Source of the DNA: an uncultured Candidatus Binatia bacterium
Lineage (GTDB): Bacteria; Desulfobacterota; Binatia; UBA9968; JAJDTQ01
Direction of reading: 5' to 3'
DNA: 64,000 nucleotides
Assembly (NCBI GenBank): GCA_965215605.1
Contig: OZ244070.1
Coordinates: 1,056,001 to 1,120,000, forward strand
Shown here: piece after piece, positions 10,018-18,900 of the stretch
Layout of the letters: every line of letters begins with the position of its first letter
How positions within the stretch are numbered: position 1 is the stretch's first letter
The notes under the pieces: generated by a model
Seen by the model: the letters and a program-made list of their open reading frames with translations, nothing else
Told to the model about the DNA's origin: nothing
The model's database searches: none
Program-made: the position numbers and the translations under genes

Positions 10018-10976
10018 GACGCGATCCTTTCCACGGCCCGGAGCCTGGCGGAGCGCGCCCGGGGGTTGGCGCGGACCTCGTCGCTGGTCGGCACCCGTGG
10101 CTTGCGGGTAATGGCCGTGGTCTTCCGGTCCCAACCGCAAGCGCACGCGGGCAGACGCGGCGGGCAGACGCAGTCCAGGCCCCACTTCCGGAACGCGCGC
10201 TTGACCAGCCGATCCTCCAGCGAGTGGAACGATATGATCACCAGGCGCCCGCGCGCGCGCAGCAGGTCGTACGCCGACTCGAGAAAGCCCTCGAGGTTTT
10301 CCAACTCCCGATTCACCGCGATGCGCACCGCCTGAAACGTCCGGGTGGCCGGATGGGGCACCGGGGTCCTGGACCCCCGGGCTCGGCGGCCTCGGGTTCC
10401 GCCGGCCGCCCGGGCCACGGTCTCCGCCAGCATCCGGGTGGAGTCGATGGGCCGTTGGCGGCGCTGGGCGTCGATGGCGCGCGCGATGCGCCGGGCCTGC
10501 GGCTCCTCGCCGAATTCCCGGATGAGCCTTTCGAGGTCCGCCACCGCCAGCGTATTGACCAACTCGCGCGCGTCCACCGGACGGCGGCGGTCCATGCGCA
10601 TGTCGAGGTCGGCGTCGTCGAGGAAGCTGAACCCGCGCTCCGGCGTGTCCACGTGATGGGAAGAAAGCCCCAGATCCAGCAACATGCCGTCGACGCCCGA
10701 CCAGCCCATCTCTTCCAGCACCTCCCGCGCGCGGGTGAACCCGGACCGGCGGAGAATGACCCGATCTCCGAAGCGGGCCAAGGCGCGCCCCGCCGCGTCG
10801 ATGGCCCGGTCGTCCCAGTCAAGACCCAGGAGCACGCCGTCCGGCGACGAACCACCGAGTATCTCCCGCGCGTGCCCGCCGCCTCCCACGGTTGCATCGA
10901 GATACCGGTGCGCCGGCGCGGGCGCGAGAATCTCGAGGACCTCGCGAAGCATCACGGGCTGGTGTGCGTAGCTCAT
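10014..10976 (-). CDS. rsmH: 16S rRNA m4C1402 methyltransferase
   Basis: HQPVML, DATVGGGGHA, DLGLSS, ISFHSLEDR and NPRARSARLR motifs. Confidence 0.96.
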   Translation of the reverse strand: MSYAHQPVMLREVLEILAPAPAHRYLDATVGGGGHAREILGGSSPDGVLLGLDWDDRAIDAAGRALARFGDRVILRRSGFTRAREVLEEMGWSGVDGMLLDLGLSSHHVDTPERGFSFLDDADLDMRMDRRRPVDARELVNTLAVADLERLIREFGEEPQARRIARAIDAQRRQRPIDSTRMLAETVARAAGGTRGRRARGSRTPVPHPATRTFQAVRIAVNRELENLEGFLESAYDLLRARGRLVIISFHSLEDRLVKRAFRKWGLDCVCPPRLPACACGWDRKTTAITRKPRVPTSDEVRANPRARSARLRAVERIAS

Positions 10977-10987
10977 GGGACCATCGC

Positions 10988-11356
10988 TCAGTGGCAGGTG
11001 GCCGTGCCCTCCCAATCATCGTCGAAACTCTCGATGGCGTCGTCCAGCGAGGCGTAGAACTCGAACGCCCTGTCCATGCCCACCACCCGGAAGATGTCCT
11101 TGAGGTAGGGGCTCATGCCCGAGAGCTTGAGGTCGCCGTTCATCTCGCGCAGCAGCCTCAGGCGGTCCAGCAGCACCCCGATGCTCAGGTAGTTGATGTG
11201 GTCCACCGCCTTCAGATTCAGAACGACCTTGAGGCGTTCCTTCTCGATCAGGCCTCCGATCACGTCCTTGATCCGCACCATTTCCCGGAGGTCGATGTCG
11301 CCGTTGACATCGATCACCGCAATGTCCTGAATGGGCTTCCTGTCAAGTCCGAGCAT
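10988..11356 (-). CDS. STAS-domain (anti-sigma-factor antagonist-like) protein
   Basis: SpoIIAA/RsbV-like pattern (GDID...VVLNLKAVDHINYLSIGVLL...GDLKLSGMSPYLKDIFRVVG); AAGGAG RBS upstream. Confidence 0.88.
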   Translation of the reverse strand: MLGLDRKPIQDIAVIDVNGDIDLREMVRIKDVIGGLIEKERLKVVLNLKAVDHINYLSIGVLLDRLRLLREMNGDLKLSGMSPYLKDIFRVVGMDRAFEFYASLDDAIESFDDDWEGTATCH

Positions 11357-11390
11357 GGATCGCTCCTTTCTTTCGACGCTTTTCCAGGAC

Positions 11391-11843
11391 CTACAAGCCC
11401 AGGTCCGTGAAGGAATCAGGATCTTCCATGAGTTGCTCTTCGGCCTCCGTGAACGCCTTTTCCCAGACGTCCCTGTCCCAGATGCGAAACTTCTCGCTGG
11501 CCGCCGCCAGCATCACGTCGCGCTTGAGGTCCGCGTACTTGCGCAGGGTGGGCGGTATCAGGATGCGGCCATGGGTGTCCGCCGCGCACTCGGTCGCGCC
11601 GGCGAGATAGTAGGTCTGGAACCGCACCATGCGGGCGTCGAACTTGGGCTTCCCGCGGACCGCCTCCTCCAGGGCCAACCACTCGTCCAGGGGATAGACA
11701 TCCAGGCAGCGCTTGGAGCTGACGACGAAATTTGTGATAATGAGCCGGTCGTCACCTTTGCCCAGGAGGACTTCGCGATACTTGGCCGGAATGCTCAAGC
11801 GCCCCTTGGTATCGATCGTATGCTCGTATCTGCCGCGAAACAT
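11391..11843 (-). CDS. mraZ: Division/cell wall cluster transcriptional repressor MraZ
   Basis: MFRGRYEHTIDTKGRLSIP and a second DxxGR repeat (DTHGRILIP). Confidence 0.96.
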   Translation of the reverse strand: MFRGRYEHTIDTKGRLSIPAKYREVLLGKGDDRLIITNFVVSSKRCLDVYPLDEWLALEEAVRGKPKFDARMVRFQTYYLAGATECAADTHGRILIPPTLRKYADLKRDVMLAAASEKFRIWDRDVWEKAFTEAEEQLMEDPDSFTDLGL

Positions 11844-11856
11844 GTCTGACGCCGTA

Positions 11857-11882
11857 TGGGATTTTATCCCACTTTTTCCCAC
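11857..11882 (-). promoter_or_regulatory. Putative MraZ binding repeats
   Basis: Minus strand GTGGGAAAAAGTGGGATAAAATCCCA: two GTGGGA copies at a 10-bp period plus an inverted TCCCA, between the promoter and the mraZ start; resembles known TGGG/GTGG MraZ boxes. Confidence 0.7.
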
Positions 11883-11890
11883 ATGACGGG

Positions 11891-11920
11891 AATATAGCCA
11901 GACCATCTCGCCCCTGTCAA
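11891..11920 (-). promoter_or_regulatory. Sigma70-type promoter of the dcw operon
   Basis: TTGACA (11915-11920), 18-nt spacer, TATATT (11891-11896). Confidence 0.7.
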
Positions 11921-11984
11921 CACAAAAACGTCATATTTCGGGTGACGAAGAACCGGGCGAATTTACCCGAAAAACAGGCGTTTT

Positions 11985-12042
11985 GCCCTACATCTGGACG
12001 CGACCGGGCTCCGGTGCGGACCCGGACTACAAGATATGGGTT
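11985..12042. promoter_or_regulatory. Tandem NrdR-box-like sites
   Basis: gccCTACATCTGGacg (core 11988-11997) and ctaCAAGATATGGgtt (core 12030-12039) fit the CwAnATnTnG core; cores are 42 bp apart. Confidence 0.5.
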
Positions 12043-12130
12043 ATGGGGGAGAATTCCGTCCGGGCCCGGAAGGCCACTTTCGGCGCCCGGACCGGGGGGC
12101 TGTCCGGCCATCGGCCGGGAAGCGGGAGTG

Positions 12131-12515
12131 GGGGCTAGCGGATCGTTAAGCCGGATTCTGTAACGCCTCCCAACAGGAGGCGGGACGGTCATTCATCTTG
12201 CCCCGTGGTTGCCCACGGGGTCCAGCGACCTTACCCGAGGGTATTCGGGCGGACGACCCGACCCTCCTATTTGGTCTTGCTCCGGGTGGGGTTTACCATG
12301 CATCCGCCATCACTGACGGACCGGTGAGCTCTTACCTCGCCATTTCAACCTTACCCGAGGGTCCGGTTCGACCCGGAGCCCGCCGGGCGGTGTGTTTTCT
12401 GTGGCACTTTCCCTCGATCGCTCGAGGCCGCCGTTAGCGGCCACCCTGTCCTGTGGAGTCCGGACTTTCCTCCTCCGCGTTGCCGCGGAAGCGACCGTCT
12501 GATCCGCTATGCCCC
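12131..12515 (-). ncRNA. rnpB: RNase P RNA (type A)
   Basis: Minus strand has GAGGAAAGTCCGGACTCC near the 5' end, AGTGCCACAGAAA, and ACAGAATCCGGCTTA near the 3' end; P1 pairing GGGGCATAGCGGATC / GATCCGCTAGCCCC. Confidence 0.96.
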
Positions 12516-12572
12516 AGACTCAGTTTCCCGGTTACAGGACGAGGTTGCAAGCCCTGGGAACCCCTCACGACA

Positions 12573-13307
12573 CTAGGGCTGCCCCCCCTGTTCCGGGGCC
12601 GGCGGGTTGTAGAAGAGAATGCGCTGGCAGCTCGGACATAGATTGACCCGCTCGTTGCGCAGCACGTCGTTCCATAGCTGCGGCGGGATGTTCATGTAAC
12701 AGGCCTGGCATATGGCCGACGACACGGCGACCACCGCGGTGCCGCCGCGCCGGTCGAAGAGCATCTCGTATTTTCCCACGAGATCGCCGCTGAGACGGGA
12801 CGCCGTGGCTTCGCGCGCGTCGCGGGTTTGCGCGATCTTCTCCTCGATGGCGGCGACCTCCGCCTCGAGGGACTCCCTCTTCCCGTTCCAGTCATCCCGG
12901 AGGCCGGTGAGCTCTTCCTCTTTCTGCTTCAGGATCCCCTCCTGCCCCTCCAGGTCGGTCATGACCTCGATCAGCTCCTCCTCGATAATGGAGTTGGACT
13001 CCTTGATCGCGCCGATCTCACGCTGGAGCGCCTGCAACTCCTTGATACTCTTGATCTGGTTCATGCGCATGCGCTTCTCGGTGGCCTTTCGGCCGGCATC
13101 GTGGATGGTCTGTTCTTTGCCCTTGCGAACTCCGTCCTTTTCCTCCCACGCATCCCTCAGCGTCTTCACCTCTGCCGCCAGACGGGCGATTTCGCCCTCG
13201 CGCCGTTCGATTTCCTCGAGCCGTTCCGTTTGCGCGTCCTTGTGCTGCTTCACCTCCAGATCGATGTCCTGAAGCACTGCCAATGTCTCCAACTGCTCGC
13301 GCAACAC
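12573..13307 (-). CDS. Coiled-coil protein with C4-type zinc ribbon (DUF164/CT398-like)
   Basis: Long heptad coiled coil then CQAC...IPPQ...CPSCQRIL; GGAGG RBS before the GTG at 13307. Confidence 0.9.
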   Translation of the reverse strand: MLREQLETLAVLQDIDLEVKQHKDAQTERLEEIERREGEIARLAAEVKTLRDAWEEKDGVRKGKEQTIHDAGRKATEKRMRMNQIKSIKELQALQREIGAIKESNSIIEEELIEVMTDLEGQEGILKQKEEELTGLRDDWNGKRESLEAEVAAIEEKIAQTRDAREATASRLSGDLVGKYEMLFDRRGGTAVVAVSSAICQACYMNIPPQLWNDVLRNERVNLCPSCQRILFYNPPAPEQGGQP

Positions 13308-13332
13308 GTTACCTCCAGTCATGGGACGCCTG

Positions 13333-13366
13333 AAAAAAAAGAACCGCGCCTCAGCAGGCGCAGTTC
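13333..13366 (-). terminator. Intrinsic terminator/attenuator in the leader of the zinc-ribbon gene
   Basis: Minus strand GAACTGCGCCT-GCTG-AGGCGCGGTTC followed by T8, about 25 nt upstream of the CDS start. Confidence 0.75.
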
Positions 13367-13430
13367 TTTCCATACGGATACAGGCTGTCTTGTCGTGTTC
13401 GATCGGCCTTTTGTCTCATGCGTTGAACAT

Positions 13431-13460
13431 ATTCTATCGAATAGTCCATCCATTTGTCAA
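13431..13460 (-). promoter_or_regulatory. Sigma70-type promoter
   Basis: TTGACA (13455-13460), 18-nt spacer, TAGAAT (13431-13436). Confidence 0.7.
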
Positions 13461-13485
13461 AGGCCGGCCGGGACCGCCGCGGCCG

Positions 13486-14832
13486 TCACAGGCCCAGCTT
13501 GCCGGGGTTCATGATGCCGTTGGGATCCAACCCCCGCTTCACCGTACGCATGACATCCAGGCTCTCGCCATGCTCACCGGCCATGAGCGGGGCCAGCTTG
13601 ACCCCCACCCCGTGGCAGTACTCCACTGAGCCGCCGAAACCGTGAACCCTTCGAAGGAGGGCCAGGACCGCGTCGCCAAGCTCGGCCCGGGCCGGCTCGC
13701 CGCCTTCCTTGGACAGGCGCAGCGAGAAGAGCTCGGGGCCGGTCCAGAGCCCGCTCTCCCGGAAACGCACTCCGCGCGCGGTGACCAGGGCAATGGCTTC
13801 CCGCCGGAAGGCCAGCACCCGGGACGCGGGCAGGGCCACGTGCACCCAATCCTGGTGCACTCCGTTGGCGCTCCGGCGCCGGCGCTCGCTTCGGTTGGCG
13901 GCGAACCGCCGTGCGGCCGCGTGGCGTTCCCGCCAGAACCCTTGAACCTTCTCGTCTGCCAGCCGTTCGCCGCCGCGGTCCAGGCACGCCGCCAGCGCCA
14001 CACCTTCCTCCGCGGCCGTCAACTCCGCCTTGCCCTCGAACCCGAGGTAGAGGATCGACGGTCCTTCCGGATCCTCCGTCTCGTCGCCGTAATCCAGCAG
14101 CATCGGCCTCAAGCCGGCGGCATGGAACTCCCGGACGGCCTCGAAACCCCGTGCGAAGGAGTCGAAGCGGACGGCAAGGAGCGACCGCGACTCGGGAACC
14201 GGGAACACCCGCAGGGTGACCTCCGTCAGGATCCCGAAGCAGCCCTCGCCGCCGATGAAAAGGTGGTTGAGATCGATCCCGGTAGAGCTCTTGGCCACGG
14301 GGCGGGTACGGCAGAGGCGTCCTTGGGGCAGCACCGCCTCCACCCCCAGCACCTGACTCCCCATGGAGCCGTACTTGCCGCCGCGGTAACCCAGACTGTT
14401 GGTGGAAACGGCGCCGCCCACCGTGGCCACCGGGAGCGTCCAGGGGTCGTGGCCCAGCATGAGGCCGGACTCCTGGAGCCGGGAGTCGAGATCCTCCAGC
14501 ACCACGCCGGCCTGGACGCGGGCCGTGAATGCCGCTGCGTCGACCTCCAGCACGGCGTTCATCCGCCTCAGATCCACGACGATGCCCGGGGTCAGCGAGG
14601 CTGCCGCGCCCATGAGCCCCGACCCTCCGCCGTAGGGCACCAGCGGCAGGCGGGCCTCGTTGGCCACGGCCACGACGGCCTGCACCTCGGCCGTGGAGGC
14701 CGGGGCGCAGACACACAGGGGATGAACGGGGACGATGGGATGCCCGGGATGGATGCGGCTCCGGCTCAGCGCATCCCAGGAATGGCGGCCGGTCTCATCC
14801 GCGTCCGTGAGGACGGAGGCCGCACCCAGCAA
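13486..14832 (-). CDS. FAD-binding oxidoreductase (GlcD/alkyl-DHAP synthase-like, VAO/PCMH family)
   Basis: PYGGGSG, HDP, TVGG, GGEGCFGILT, HGVG and DPNGIMNPGK motifs; true start uncertain. Confidence 0.88.
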   Translation of the reverse strand: MLGAASVLTDADETGRHSWDALSRSRIHPGHPIVPVHPLCVCAPASTAEVQAVVAVANEARLPLVPYGGGSGLMGAAASLTPGIVVDLRRMNAVLEVDAAAFTARVQAGVVLEDLDSRLQESGLMLGHDPWTLPVATVGGAVSTNSLGYRGGKYGSMGSQVLGVEAVLPQGRLCRTRPVAKSSTGIDLNHLFIGGEGCFGILTEVTLRVFPVPESRSLLAVRFDSFARGFEAVREFHAAGLRPMLLDYGDETEDPEGPSILYLGFEGKAELTAAEEGVALAACLDRGGERLADEKVQGFWRERHAAARRFAANRSERRRRSANGVHQDWVHVALPASRVLAFRREAIALVTARGVRFRESGLWTGPELFSLRLSKEGGEPARAELGDAVLALLRRVHGFGGSVEYCHGVGVKLAPLMAGEHGESLDVMRTVKRGLDPNGIMNPGKLGL

Positions 14833-14901
14833 GCCGGCGAGGCGGCTGATCGTATCGGCGTGTTTGCTCGTAACTCCTCTGAATCCCGGAAGTTTGACGC
14901 G

Positions 14902-15672
14902 TCAGTGCATGTTCTGGCCGCCGTCCACCACCAGGGTCTGGCCGGTCATGAAATCGGCCAGCGGGGAGCACATGAACAGGACGCCGCCGACTAGGTCCTG
15001 GGGCACCTGGACCCGCTTGATGGCGCGCTGGCTGATGTTGCTCTGGCGCATCTTGAGGATCTCCTCGGTGGGGTTCACCTCGGACAGCGTCGATCCCGGG
15101 CACAGGATGTTGACCTGGATATTGTCGTCGCCGACTTCCCGTGCCAGGGTGCGGCTGAAACCCATCACTCCGGCCTTGGAGGCTACGTAGTGAATGCGTC
15201 CGGGGGGGCCGGAAAGCGCCGTGCCCGAGGCGACGTTGACGATCTTGCCGGACTTCTGCTGGCGCATCTGCGGCAGCACCGCGCGGCAGCAGAGGAACAC
15301 GCCCTTGAGGTTCACGGACATGAGCTTGTCCCATTCCTCGAGGCTGATCTCCTCGATGCGGCCGCGGCTCATGGGAATGGTGGCGAAGATCGACGCGTTG
15401 TTGATGAGCACGTCCACCCGGCCGAAGCGCTCGATGGTCTTGGCGACCATCTGCTTGGTGGACCCTTCGTCGGACACGTCGACGCGCACCGCCATGGAAC
15501 CGGCCTCGCTCATCTTCGCCAGGTCCGCCGCCACCTTCTCCGCCGCCTCCCCGTCGATGTCCGCTACCACCACCCGGGACCCGGACTTGGTAAAGCCCTC
15601 GCAGTAGGCGGTGCCGATACCGTGTCCTCCGCCCGTGACGATCACCACCTTGCCCTGCAACCCTTCGATCAT
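14902..15672 (-). CDS. Short-chain dehydrogenase/reductase
   Basis: TGGGHGIG, NNAS, YVASK and VVDGG motifs. Confidence 0.93.
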   Translation of the reverse strand: MIEGLQGKVVIVTGGGHGIGTAYCEGFTKSGSRVVVADIDGEAAEKVAADLAKMSEAGSMAVRVDVSDEGSTKQMVAKTIERFGRVDVLINNASIFATIPMSRGRIEEISLEEWDKLMSVNLKGVFLCCRAVLPQMRQQKSGKIVNVASGTALSGPPGRIHYVASKAGVMGFSRTLAREVGDDNIQVNILCPGSTLSEVNPTEEILKMRQSNISQRAIKRVQVPQDLVGGVLFMCSPLADFMTGQTLVVDGGQNMH

Positions 15673-15969
15673 GAATGCTCCTCTCAGGCCCAGCCGGTGG
15701 CCCGCTACAGGCGGGGGCCGGCGCGGCCGCGAAACGATTATGGCCCTGCTCTATCGGGAAACCGAGTGCAGTGTCAAGCGGCCCGACGGCGCCGAAACCC
15801 GCCCCGAAACGGCAGCCCCGGGGCCCTCTCCGGCTCGCTACAGCCGAGACCGACACTCGCTTGTCGTCGATAGCTGAGCCCTGCGCAAGGATGAGTATTA
15901 TAGCGCGTTTCCGTCGGTCTGTGGCGGTGTTTCGGCTTCAGAATGGAAGGGACGATTGCCGTTCATGCC

Positions 15970-18900
15970 CTACCACCGCGCGGTCGCTTCGAACCCCATG
16001 GTGTGCTCCGGCTCCGTCCAGTCGCTCTCCCGGCGCGTCCCCTTCAGGCCGAAGGAGACATCGGGCGCGTTGGCGTGGGTCGCCGGCGTGAGGCGCCACC
16101 CCACGCTGTAGTCGCGCGCGCCGGTGGCGAGCCCCAGCCCGACATGCGGGCTGCCGGTGAAGCGGCCCGAGAAGGCCGGGTAGCCGTATGCCGCCTCCGC
16201 CGTCCAGCGGGCGGCGGTCTCGCCGCTGCCCGTGCGGTCCTCCAGCGGATCGGCCCGGAACAGCGCGTCAAGCCCGCCCTGCGCGGCGCCGCCCCAGTCC
16301 TGGGTCAGCGTCAGAGAGGGACCCCGCGCGGTCGCTGGACCGGGATCCCAGGCCAGCGACGCCGCAAAGCCCTGGTCCTCCAGATCGTCCGAAGCATGGG
16401 AAATCAGGGTACGGCCTGAAAGGTCGAGGGAGAGGCCGAGGGTCGGGTTGACCCAGGCCAGGCCGCCGCCGACTTCCACCCCGAAGCCGGTCTCGGCATC
16501 GCCGCCGTCCTGGCGCATGCCCAGCTCCAGCTTGGGCGTCAGATGGCTGCCGCGCGCCAGCGCGGCCTTCCAGTTTCCCTCCAGACCGAGCCGGAAGCGC
16601 GTCACGTCGGAATCGGACGCCGCGAGCTCGTGGGTCTTGTCCGAGCTGGTGCGTGCCCAGAGCGAGTCCGAGGTCACCGCCAGGGCGGGACCCGATCCTT
16701 CCGCCGGGGGCGCGATCACGTCGCCGCGCAGGCCAGCCGCCGCCATGGTCCAGGAGATGTCGGAGGTGAGGGAACCGCCTACCTCCGGTTCGAGCGTCAC
16801 GTCGCCGGCGCCATAGCCCACCGCGCCCCAGAGCTTCAGCCGGTCCGAGACCCGGAGCGCGGCATAGGGAACCGCCGCCGTCAGCGACGCCTCCACCCCA
16901 CCGTCGCCCTCGCGGACGGCGCCGCTGCACAGGACCCTCCGCGCTTCGGCATCCAGAGGTTGAGGGCAGCGCACGGAATCCGTACCGTTGCCTGCCCCGG
17001 ACCCCGACCCGCTGTCGGCATAGCCGCCATCCCCGCTGCTCCGCATCAGGGCCAGTCCGGCCAGCCAGTTGCCACGCCCATAGTCGGCGCCCAGCATGGC
17101 CGTGGTGGCCTCGCCGTCGAGCGAGAACGTCCCCTCGCGGCCGTCGAAGCTCGACTGCGCTGCCCGGCCCCAGAAGGCCACGCTGCCGCCCATGCCGTCC
17201 TTCTCCCCGGTCGTCGTGAAGCTGCTGCCCAGCAAGGCTTCCCGGGCCGTCATCGAGTAGGACTGCGCGCCGCTGCTGCCGAAAGCGAAGCCATGAGTGT
17301 CATGGCCGAATGCCGATCCCGGACCGCCGTCGCCGAAACGGCCGCGGGCGACATCGGACTGCACGAGCCGGCCATTGCCGGACAGGCTGCCAGGGGCAGC
17401 ATTCCCGTTCGCTGCGCCAACCGATCCATCGGGGCCTGCCTGCGGGCGGGGGGAGCGGGGATCGAAGCCGAGCGCCTGTCCGGCGATCATGCCCTGCACC
17501 CCGGCGTCGCGCGACGCCGCGATGCGCCCGGCAATGCCGTCCAGAGCCTGCTCAGCCGCCGTGCGACCGAAACGCGCCAGCCACGCCGCCGGCATCGGGT
17601 CGGAGTTGGTGATGGTGCCCACCGCAACCCCGTCCGCAATCGACACCGATACCCCGGGCGGGCCGTTCACGTCCGCGTCGAACAGCACCATCTCGAAGGT
17701 CTCCGGCTCCTCGTCATGACTGTCGTTGTAGAGGCGGACGTAGATCTGCGTCTCGGTCTCGCCCGGCCTGAACCGGGCCCGCAGCCGCCAGGACCGCTGC
17801 CACGCCAGGTAGTCCTGGCCCGCCACGGCCGACACCGGCGACGAATCCCGCGTCGCGTAGTGGACGCTGACCGGCCAGTCCACCTTCTCGCTCAGCGTCA
17901 CCGTGAAATACCCCGTGCGCTGGTTCTCCTTGAAGCTCGCATCGGCAATCGAGATCGTCGGACCCGACGCCGCCGCATCGTTGTCGGACACCGCCACCGT
18001 GGCGGCATGGTCCGGCGAGGCCGCTACCGTGTAGCCCGTGCCGGCCTCCACAGTTGCCGTGATGGAGCCGTCCGGCTCGTCCGCGCTATCGTCCACCGTG
18101 GCGACTTTCACGGTCGCGCTGCCCGTGACCGGGATGGTGACCGTCCGCGAGCCGGTCTCGCCCGAGGCGGCGAAATCGCCGCTCTGGCCGACGCTCAGCG
18201 TGATGTCGAGCGGGGCCGCCGGCACCGGGCTCGCCGAGACCGTGAAGGAGGCCGAGGCGCCTTCCGTCACCCCGCTGCCGGCGGAGAGGCTCACCACCGG
18301 CTCGTCATTGTCGCGCACCGTCACCGCGGCGCTGCCCTGGCCCGTGGCCACGGTATAGCCAGTGCCCGTGCCGAGGGTGACGCTTACCGAACCATCGGCC
18401 TCGTCGGCCGCATCGTCCAGCGTGGCCACCGAGAGCGCGCCGCTGGTCGCCCCTGCTGTCAGCACCACCGTCCGGTGCCCCGCGCCGGGCGTGTCCAGAT
18501 ACTCGCCGGACTGGGCGACGGTGTAGGGGACCGTGAGGTCGGACCCTGGCGCCGGGTTGGCCGTGAGGGTGAAGGTGGCCTGGCCGCCCTCGTCCACGGC
18601 AGAGCCCGCTGAGAGGCTGAGCTCGGGGGTGACCGGCGTGCCGGGTGTCGCCGGTTGGACCTCGGCCGGTTCCGGCTGTTCCTGCGGTGCCGCCGCCAGG
18701 CATTGGAGCGCCGGCGCCACCGGCGCCCAGCGCTGCAGGCCGCGGTCGGCCTGCGCCTGCGCCTCGGTGATGGTCATCGGGTTGTTGCTGTAGGCGTTGC
18801 TCTCCCCGAAGGCGGCCAGCACTCGGCTCCAGCGCTCGACATGGCCCGGCGACGTCCGCCAGGTCTCGGTCGCAGCCTTCTGGGCGTCGGCCAGCAGGGC

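Noticed and set aside
13310-13480. tRNA upstream of the zinc-ribbon gene
   Set aside because: No cloverleaf, T-loop or CCA end could be found.
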